A stretch of 23,954 nucleotides of DNA from a bacterium. Lineage in GTDB: Bacteria > Zixibacteria > MSB-5A5 > GN15 > FEB-12. The notes beneath the pieces are model-generated. The model made no database searches. It worked only from the letters and a program-made list of their open reading frames with translations, and was not told where the DNA came from. A program made the position numbers and the translations under genes. Below, one piece after another: positions 6,743-13,410 of this stretch. The DNA is taken from positions 1 to 23,954 of the forward strand of contig JBDRNJ010000070.1 of the NCBI GenBank assembly GCA_043811375.1. Reading direction: 5' to 3'. The first letter of the stretch is position 1; each line of letters opens with the position of its first letter.

Positions 6743-9226
6743 ATGAAGAAAAACAGGGATCGCCCCAGTAGCACTCTACCGAAAGACAAGCTGAAACGTT
6801 ATCTACGGCATTGCCTTCTCACCTACGGTCGTAACAGGATGCAGAAGCCCGTCACTCTACTGGAAAAGTGGCTTATTGAGAAACCCGATGATGCGATTAC
6901 GATAATCTGTTCAGAGCGCGAGCCTCATGAGCTTCTGGGCAAGCTCTTGGACTCAATTGACGTTCCGTACAAGACTCTGGACTCAACAACACAACTGCCG
7001 AACACCACAAAGTACCGACTTGAGATTCCCCCGCTTCACGATCGGCTTGAGGATTTGCCTCTCATTACTGAGTCAACGCTGAGAACTCACATCGAAAACC
7101 ATGAAGTCGAAGCTACCAAACTGCCATTACTCTACCTTGCAGCCTTCTTCTTCCTGTGCTGGAAGTACGAATCGCCGCTGAAACTGACAACGCCCATTCT
7201 CACTTATGACAAACTCGTTTCGTACCTACAGGGCTTCTTAGATTCCGGGCGGCATCTTGATCCTCCGTTCAAACTGGCTTTGCTTGACTTCAATGATGAG
7301 GGGGAGAGCAAAAGAAATCAGGCACTTCAACCGTTCACCGCACTCCATGATGAAATCGTTACAGTGCTACTGAGTGATGTGCCCGAGGAGGATGCTGGGT
7401 TCTGTGTTCATGAGGACAATGAGCTTCAAGCATCACTGATTGCACCGGAGACGGATCGGGAAACTGGGGGGTCAATCAATGAGCACAGAATGCACTTGTG
7501 GGCCGCTGTGTCAGGAGAATTTCGGCACATCATCATGGATAAGCATACCGGACTTAGCAAGAGACAACTCTCCAGAAAAATCCAGTTGGATGACATTCAA
7601 CGACAAATGATCAGGGTTGGAAGTAAGTTCGCTCCCACAACTGAGAACATCAAGATCGAGCCTATCCCGCAGATTCACTTAAAGCGTAGAGACTCATACA
7701 AAGCGTTAGTGAGATTCATTAGAATCCAAGCTCTTAGAGAACAACTCTCCAGATACCTGTTAGTCGAGTCCCATTCTCCGGCTGGTCACGAACTTGTTGA
7801 AAGAGTAATAAGCGAATACGACCTCCGCGACCAGGACCGAACAGTTTTTCTCAAGGGTGATCGATTCTTCTCTGATATGATCCAGCCCCTTCTTAAAAGC
7901 TGGGGTATCACGGTTTGCCACGAAGGGGACGAGACTCGTCCGGACTACCGAACCTTGTACGTTCCAGGGCCAAGCGAGAGAAAGGAAGACATTCCATCTG
8001 TTGTGTCGTACGTCGTTCAAGACTTTGCAGCGAAGTTCAGAGAACGTGGCATAGAGATACCTAAGTATATATGTGGTGAGACCCTACTGCTCCTGTTGAC
8101 CGACTCCCTCTGGACTGGTTTCGATCACCTGCGAGATTTTCTTTACTACTTTATGAGAGCTAACTGGGATGCCAGTAACAACACAGTCCTTCTTGGACAA
8201 GCAGTCACATTGGGGCGAGATACCTTTGAAGGCAAAAGTCACCTCCAAACGCTGGATGAACAACACCTGACATCGGATAACCTGAAGGACTTTTTCCCTG
8301 GATTTTATGAGACCGAAAGAGAAAAAACACTATGGGGGATCGTTGATCACTTCATGGAAGGTCCGCAACCCAAACACATCTTTTACCTTCCGACCTTGGT
8401 GCGTGAGTATGTCTATGCCTCCTGGGATATGCCGGGGACTATGTTACATCCGTTTCCGCTGGAGGCAGTCAGACAAGCAATGCACAACATACGTGTATTG
8501 TCCGATGAGCACCCGAACAGTCAGAATCTTGACAAGAACAAGATAGCAGATATCAACGAAATCATTTCCATCCGCTTGAAACAAGTGTGGCCTGACCTGA
8601 AAGCAAAACGAGAAGAAGAAGAAGATCAGTCCACCACTGTATGGCCGAATTGGAACGTTGATACCGAAATCAGTGATGTGGCGGCTGCTGGACTTTGTGA
8701 CCAGGTTGATTATGAGAATTTCATGGCAGACCTTTGTTTCAACCTGAGTTTTCCCGATGCTGACACTGTATACGACGAGTGGGATGAGATACGACAAGCT
8801 TTCGGTCTTCCCACACGTGAAACAGGTGGTTCAGCCGCGGTTGGTACACGACCTAAGTTCTTGATCCACCAGGATGATGAGTCAGTGGTCTCCGATGGCA
8901 TCAAGTACTGTCTACCCCAGGATCGATATCTGGCAGTCTTCTTTATTGCAGAACAACACAAGAAGGGCAACCCGTGGGTCCGAAAGAAGGCCATCTACGA
9001 CTATTGCCGAGTCTTCGATGATGAGGATCGCGAGTCGGCACAGACACCTTCCGTGAGAGAGTGGTTCATTGATGCGGAAGGTGACGCTGCACGGCTGGCG
9101 CAGAAGGGATTGATAGAGACGAACCCAAGTCACAACGGAACCTGTAGAATCCCGGTCGACCCAGAACTCATAGAGTTTATCCCTCACACTGGCGAGGATT
9201 CCGAGGATAGCGTACCAGAGGGCTAA
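6743..9226 (+). CDS. Large hypothetical regulator: two degenerate sigma54-activator (bEBP) AAA+-like segments plus a putative C-terminal winged helix, 827 aa
   Basis: LEIPPLHDRLEDLPLI (~aa 93-108) and LYVPGPSERKEDIPSVV..FAAKF..ICGETLLLL...W (~aa 405-457) match the NtrC-family PPLRERxEDIPxL/lid motif. No GAFTGA and no intact Walker A. Confidence 0.6.
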   Translation: MKKNRDRPSSTLPKDKLKRYLRHCLLTYGRNRMQKPVTLLEKWLIEKPDDAITIICSEREPHELLGKLLDSIDVPYKTLDSTTQLPNTTKYRLEIPPLHDRLEDLPLITESTLRTHIENHEVEATKLPLLYLAAFFFLCWKYESPLKLTTPILTYDKLVSYLQGFLDSGRHLDPPFKLALLDFNDEGESKRNQALQPFTALHDEIVTVLLSDVPEEDAGFCVHEDNELQASLIAPETDRETGGSINEHRMHLWAAVSGEFRHIIMDKHTGLSKRQLSRKIQLDDIQRQMIRVGSKFAPTTENIKIEPIPQIHLKRRDSYKALVRFIRIQALREQLSRYLLVESHSPAGHELVERVISEYDLRDQDRTVFLKGDRFFSDMIQPLLKSWGITVCHEGDETRPDYRTLYVPGPSERKEDIPSVVSYVVQDFAAKFRERGIEIPKYICGETLLLLLTDSLWTGFDHLRDFLYYFMRANWDASNNTVLLGQAVTLGRDTFEGKSHLQTLDEQHLTSDNLKDFFPGFYETEREKTLWGIVDHFMEGPQPKHIFYLPTLVREYVYASWDMPGTMLHPFPLEAVRQAMHNIRVLSDEHPNSQNLDKNKIADINEIISIRLKQVWPDLKAKREEEEDQSTTVWPNWNVDTEISDVAAAGLCDQVDYENFMADLCFNLSFPDADTVYDEWDEIRQAFGLPTRETGGSAAVGTRPKFLIHQDDESVVSDGIKYCLPQDRYLAVFFIAEQHKKGNPWVRKKAIYDYCRVFDDEDRESAQTPSVREWFIDAEGDAARLAQKGLIETNPSHNGTCRIPVDPELIEFIPHTGEDSEDSVPEG

Positions 9227-9326
9227 TCGGGCTCCCAGAAGGCCAAGAACTGACATCGTGTACGCTACAGACGGAGTCATTTTCACCTGATTACAGTAAA
9301 AAGTCAGAATATCCACGGTTTTTTTT

Positions 9327-9367
9327 GGATACCCCCCCGGATACCCCCCCGGGTGACACCCCCCCCC
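9327..9367. repeat. Tandem direct-repeat array B (GGATACCCCCCC x2 + GACACCCCCCCCC)
   Basis: 12-bp units at 9327-9338 and 9339-9350, variant at 9355-9367, preceded by a T8 run. Confidence 0.85.
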
Positions 9368-9376
9368 ATAGCCTTA

Positions 9377-9500
9377 GATTACCTGAGCGAAGAGCCGGAT
9401 GCCGTTGTTGACCCGGCCTAAGCTCAGATAGGAATCACCCTCGTGGGTGTTAACCGACCCCCTGACTCCATAGCCGGGTCAACATTCAGGGGGTCGCTTT
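9377..9500 (+). ncRNA. Candidate structured leader RNA/attenuator upstream of the primase operon
   Basis: Three stems: CTGAGC/GCTCAG with inner GCCGG/CCGGC (9383-9427); CACCC-TCGT-GGGTG (9436-9449); perfect 11-bp CGACCCCCTGA/TCAGGGGGTCG (9455-9496) followed by CTTT. There is also a 12-nt long-range complementarity between 9406-9417 and 9473-9484. Confidence 0.5.
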
Positions 9501-9518
9501 GTGCGGAGTACCGCTGCC

Positions 9519-9656
9519 GTGAGTTGCGAAAGTGACTGGTCATTCGAGATCATCAGCGTGACGGAGCGAGCCAATCCTGATCTCGATCTTGAAGTATGGT
9601 TGGCGGACCTATTAATAGCGCTGTGGCGCCTACAGAGCGGAGCAGGGGGTGATTAA
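9519..9656 (+). CDS. Small hypothetical protein, 45 aa, translationally coupled to the primase gene
   Basis: GGAG at 9505-9508, GTG at 9519, MSCESDWSFEIISVTERANPDLDLEVWLADLLIALWRLQSGAGGD*. The stop overlaps the next start (TAATG). Below the ORF-track cut-off. Confidence 0.55.
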   Translation: MSCESDWSFEIISVTERANPDLDLEVWLADLLIALWRLQSGAGGD

Positions 9657-11209
9657 TGGTTCTCTCACTCTGGTGGACAGGCTGCGCTGCCAGGATAACT
9701 GAAAGGCGTCTATCAAGACGGAAACGTCTGATCCGATTGGGGATATCTGAGAGTGATTTTGAAGTGTACACTGGTCTGTTTCTGGCCTGCCGAAGACCAG
9801 ATGTCTACTCTGAGCGAAAACACGATGGGTCTTGGCCGTTACAGTCTCACCGGTGGAATAACTCTTTGATATTGCGACACTTGTGTGGCGAGACCGATGT
9901 CGCCATTCCCTTTGGCTGGATCGTAGATCAGGTAGTACTGGACATTGATTTCGAAGGAAACAGAGCTTGGGGAGACGTGGAATCCACTACGAGAGGGGCG
10001 ATTCGGGCAATACCTGGTGAGCCGCTGGTTTATCAGAGTTCTGACTCAGGTGGGTTGCGCCTGATCTGGTTTTTGAGCACCAAGATGAAGCGCACTCACT
10101 TGTACCGGTGGGTGAAATCGAGGTTGCGCGACCAGGGAGTGACTGTACAGAACGGCGTTTGTGAAATCCGACTTGGTACATCTCCAGACCGACTGCCCTT
10201 TGGGTACTTCAGTATGCTGGTTGACCCAATTCTGCTGGAACCTCATTACCACGTGAGCTTGGCTGAGACTCTGAAGATCGTGCGTGAACACCGGGAGTGG
10301 CACGCCATAGACATCGAATCGGACTCCGCCGATGACTTCTGCTCGTCGCGTTCATCGGGAAGCGATTTCACACGGGACATGGAGACATTGCTATCGAATG
10401 GACTCCCGTGGGATGTGACCACCAACGATTGCCTCATGAAGCTGGCTTGGTTCGGTCGAGTCAGAAAGAGACTGCAAGAGGAGCAACTGAAAGCATTTCT
10501 CCGAGACTGGATTTGCCAGAAACACAACGGATTCTCAACACGTGTGAACGAAGGGAGAATCCAGGACATCTACGACCAGATAGACCGCATAGTGCATAGC
10601 CTTCATGCTGTCCCCGGGCCGCTTGCTTACCAGGCTAATGCTGTCGGACTGGGTGAAACCGAGATGAGATGTCTACTTCAGTATCCCGGGAACTTCAAAA
10701 CCATTGAAGGAGCTTTTAAGATTCTATGCTACGCCAAGTCCAAGCTCCATCGAATCAAGTCCAGAAGTAGTACTATATGTACAGGGGGAGGGGATGGTAC
10801 CAACAAATGGGGCACGGTTTTTCACCCCGCGGAAGGCATACCAAATGGGGCACGGAATTTCCCACTTTTCGTGAATCTTGGCAAACAGCATCTGCGGCGT
10901 CTCCGGGTGCCTTTTGCCTCAAATACCGCCCGGATTGTCGGAGAACTGGAACGACTTGGAACCCTCGCTCTTAAGAGAAAGGCCTGGCCCGATGGCGACA
11001 AATCCAGGCAATACTGGGTCAATTTCCCGTTTGACCTCGCGGATGCCCATCTGTATGACGATTTTGACGAAGCACTGTGGCGTATTGTTGGCTGGGTTGG
11101 GATAAAGAAGCGCTTTTCTGCCTACCAGGCAAAGAGGATAGGTTCTAAAATGAGAAATGACTCACTCGAAACAGGAGTTTCTGAGGATGAACTGCCGAAA
11201 TCAAAATAA
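9656..11209 (+). CDS. Archaeo-eukaryotic primase (AEP) superfamily primase-polymerase/replication protein, 517 aa
   Basis: Motif I VVLDID, motif II-like QSSDSGGLRLIW, NGVCEI..RLPFG..LVDP, a PriCT-like helical region (TNDCLMKLAWFG..LRDWI) and a C-terminal wHTH-like segment (IVGELERLGTL..SRQYWV). Confidence 0.7.
   Translation: MVLSLWWTGCAARITERRLSRRKRLIRLGISESDFEVYTGLFLACRRPDVYSERKHDGSWPLQSHRWNNSLILRHLCGETDVAIPFGWIVDQVVLDIDFEGNRAWGDVESTTRGAIRAIPGEPLVYQSSDSGGLRLIWFLSTKMKRTHLYRWVKSRLRDQGVTVQNGVCEIRLGTSPDRLPFGYFSMLVDPILLEPHYHVSLAETLKIVREHREWHAIDIESDSADDFCSSRSSGSDFTRDMETLLSNGLPWDVTTNDCLMKLAWFGRVRKRLQEEQLKAFLRDWICQKHNGFSTRVNEGRIQDIYDQIDRIVHSLHAVPGPLAYQANAVGLGETEMRCLLQYPGNFKTIEGAFKILCYAKSKLHRIKSRSSTICTGGGDGTNKWGTVFHPAEGIPNGARNFPLFVNLGKQHLRRLRVPFASNTARIVGELERLGTLALKRKAWPDGDKSRQYWVNFPFDLADAHLYDDFDEALWRIVGWVGIKKRFSAYQAKRIGSKMRNDSLETGVSEDELPKSK
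10804..10855. repeat. 14-bp direct repeat inside the primase gene
   Basis: CAAATGGGGCACGG at 10804-10817 and 10842-10855. Confidence 0.8.
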
Positions 11210-11214
11210 AAGGG

Positions 11215-11252
11215 TTGACAAAGCTATATACCACGGATGTATTAGTACTACA
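11215..11252 (+). promoter_or_regulatory. Probable promoter/operator of the RHH-recombinase operon
   Basis: TTGACA at 11215-11220. An imperfect palindrome TGTATTAGTACTACA (11238-11252) covers the expected -10 region. The -10 hexamer itself is not clear. Confidence 0.45.
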
Positions 11253-11282
11253 GTTATGAACTCATCTGTTAAGAGGTCTACA

Positions 11283-11462
11283 ATGAAAGCAAAGATAGCA
11301 AAAGCACACTTAGGAAGGCAGATTCACATTCGCTTATCGGATGACACACACAAGCGAATTAGAATCCGCGCAGCTGAGTTGGATACTACGATTCAGCATT
11401 GGGTTGTCTCAGTGGTTGAACGTGCCCTAAAGGGACCGAAGAAGGTGCGTGCCGGCTCATGA
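11283..11462 (+). CDS. Arc/HicB-like ribbon-helix-helix DNA-binding protein, 59 aa
   Basis: RQIHIRLSDDTHKRIRIRAAELDTTIQHWVVSVVERAL. RBS AAGAGG. ATGA overlap with the recombinase start. Confidence 0.75.
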   Translation: MKAKIAKAHLGRQIHIRLSDDTHKRIRIRAAELDTTIQHWVVSVVERALKGPKKVRAGS

Positions 11463-13180
11463 ACGAGAAAGTAGCAGCCTACTTCAGATGTAGCACGGAC
11501 AAGCAGAGTAATTCCATTGCTGACCAACGCAAGACGCTGCTGGAGTATGCCAAAGACAATGGAATGACCATCACAACCTGGTATGATAAGGACGAAGGGA
11601 TATCCGGAACCAGCTTTGAGAAACGACCTGACTTCATGAGGATGGTAAGCGATGTGGAATCTGGGAGGAACGACTTCGATAAGATACTGGTGTACGATGT
11701 GGATCGCTGGGGAAGGCCCCTGGACCCGGATGAATCAATCTACTGGGAATTTCACTTCAAAAGGTTTAGTGTTCAAGTGACCTATATCTCCGATGAATCA
11801 CTCAACGATGATTCAATCGGTGGCCGTCTGAGCAAGAAAATCAAACAGGAGTTAGCCACCGAGGAGAGCCACAAACAATCACTTCGCGTGCACGAACGAT
11901 CAAAGATGCGGGCGGCCGAGGGCTTTCGGGTTGGGGGCTTTGCTCCGTATGGCTACAAGAGGATGCTCGTTGAGTCCAACGGAACACCGATTCGTGTACT
12001 GGAACACGGTGAGCGTAAGTATGACAAACACCATCGTGTTGTTCTCACGGTGGGTGACCCTGAAGAGGTGCGTACGGTTAACAGGATATTTGAATTGAGG
12101 GACCACGGAAGAGGATCGAGGTCCATTGCGAATTTGCTCAACAGGGAAAGTGTTCCTTCGCCCAGTGCTGTAAGACCATATTCCAATAACAAGCCCGGAA
12201 AGTGGTCAGCAGGCACAGTGTCAGCGATTCTGTCAAGCCGCGTCTATGTAGGCCAGCTGACATACAATCGGCAAGTAAGGGGTAGTTGGGCCAGGAAGGA
12301 GAGACCTGGCATGGCACAACGTCCAGAGGAGAGTTGGGTGATCTGTACAGATGCCCATGAAGCCATTGTACCTCGGGAGCTATTCGATCGTGTTCAGACG
12401 ATTCAACAGGGGAGAAGTAATCGCGGTCCATCCGGTCGAGGTCATAGTTCACGTTACCTCCTTTCCGGCCTTATGGTATGCAAACATTGTGGGTATAATT
12501 ACCACGGTCACCAGCGGACCAACAGTTGTGGTCGTCATTACCGGTATTACGAGGATAGTGGGTTCAGCCTTCATGGAGCAAGCGTATGCAAGTATTCCTC
12601 AGTGCCAGCGGATGTTATCGAAGACTTTATCGTTAAGAGGCTGGACCGGGACCTGGCCAAGTTGATCGATCCAGTGCGCCTTCGGCAACTCATAGGGTCA
12701 AGACTTGCCGGCATCGATCCTGGCTCTGGCGTGGAACTCGATGCTAACCGGAGCCAACTGGCGGACATCAAGGGAAGACTCGACAATCTTACGAACGCCC
12801 TCGAAAAAGGCGTCAGATATGATCGTGTTCTGACACGCATGGATGCACTTGAGAAGGAGAAGCTGCAGGTGGAGTCAGAACTCAGGCGAAAGGAAAGCTC
12901 ATCTGCGAAGGGTTTTGACACCGACCGAGCAGTCGATGAGATAGTCGGCATGGCGGGAGAGGCATTTCAGACTGTGAGATCGCGCTCGCCACAAGAGGCG
13001 AAGTGTGTCCTGAGACTCTTCGTTGATCGGGTAGAGATCGATCCCTTAAGGAAGAAGGCGACGTTCTTCGTCTACAAAATCCCAAGAACATCACAGACTT
13101 ACGAGAGATTCGTGCCGGTTAGTAAATGCCGGAGGTCGGACTCGAACCGACACGGTCTGAAACAGACCAAGGGATTTTAA
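11459..13180 (+). CDS. Large serine recombinase/integrase, 573 aa
   Basis: VAAYFRCSTDKQ (catalytic Ser), YDVDRWGR, GGFAPYGYKR, YVGQLTYNR, HEAIVPRELFDRVQ, LLSGLMVCKHCG, coiled coil, FVDRVEI. Confidence 0.95.
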   Translation: MNEKVAAYFRCSTDKQSNSIADQRKTLLEYAKDNGMTITTWYDKDEGISGTSFEKRPDFMRMVSDVESGRNDFDKILVYDVDRWGRPLDPDESIYWEFHFKRFSVQVTYISDESLNDDSIGGRLSKKIKQELATEESHKQSLRVHERSKMRAAEGFRVGGFAPYGYKRMLVESNGTPIRVLEHGERKYDKHHRVVLTVGDPEEVRTVNRIFELRDHGRGSRSIANLLNRESVPSPSAVRPYSNNKPGKWSAGTVSAILSSRVYVGQLTYNRQVRGSWARKERPGMAQRPEESWVICTDAHEAIVPRELFDRVQTIQQGRSNRGPSGRGHSSRYLLSGLMVCKHCGYNYHGHQRTNSCGRHYRYYEDSGFSLHGASVCKYSSVPADVIEDFIVKRLDRDLAKLIDPVRLRQLIGSRLAGIDPGSGVELDANRSQLADIKGRLDNLTNALEKGVRYDRVLTRMDALEKEKLQVESELRRKESSSAKGFDTDRAVDEIVGMAGEAFQTVRSRSPQEAKCVLRLFVDRVEIDPLRKKATFFVYKIPRTSQTYERFVPVSKCRRSDSNRHGLKQTKGF

Positions 13181-13213
13181 GTCCCTGGTGTCTACCAATT
13201 CCACCACTCCGGC
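13127..13213 (-). tRNA. tRNA-Leu (anticodon TAA), CCA not encoded
   Basis: GCCGGAG/CTCCGGC acceptor stem + A73; D loop GGAATTGGTAGAC; AGGGA-CTTAAAA-TCCCT; long variable arm GGTCTG-TTT-CAGACC; T arm GTCGG-TTCGAGT-CCGAC. Confidence 0.97.
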
Positions 13214-13241
13214 GCCAAAGGCGGCTCTTATGAGCTTCCGG

Positions 13242-13270
13242 AAGCTATGATGCTGTCACGTCAGACGCAA
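13242..13270 (-). promoter_or_regulatory. sigma70 promoter of tRNA-Leu
   Basis: Minus strand TTGCGT(13270-13265)-17 bp-TAGCTT(13247-13242). The -10 overlaps a 14-bp palindrome AGCTTCCGGAAGCT (13233-13246). Confidence 0.55.
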
Positions 13271-13410
13271 GAAACTTATTGTCTGCCTGATTCAGGCGAA
13301 TGCGAGAAGGAATTAGAAACCCACTGCAAGCGGATGGGCCACCGGGCCCATGTGTTGACATTCGGGTGAATCAAGGAAGTGCGATTCCCTATGTGCCTAT
13401 CACCAATTGA

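Larger units (their letters stand above)
6700..13213 (+). mobile_element. Integrative element B (LSR + AEP primase-polymerase + RHH + degenerate bEBP/wHTH protein) at the 3' end of tRNA-Leu(TAA); left boundary approximate
   Basis: Five co-oriented plus-strand genes end in an LSR that overlaps the tRNA-Leu 3' half. Confidence 0.75.

Noticed and set aside
11157..11282. N-terminal extension of the RHH ORF (101-aa version)
   Set aside because: It overlaps the primase end and the promoter; the RBS supports ATG 11283.
459..13213. Prophage, ICE or inversion-type shufflon interpretation of the island
   Set aside because: No structural, terminase, relaxase or T4SS genes. The two tRNA ends are different sequences, not inverted copies of one recombination site.
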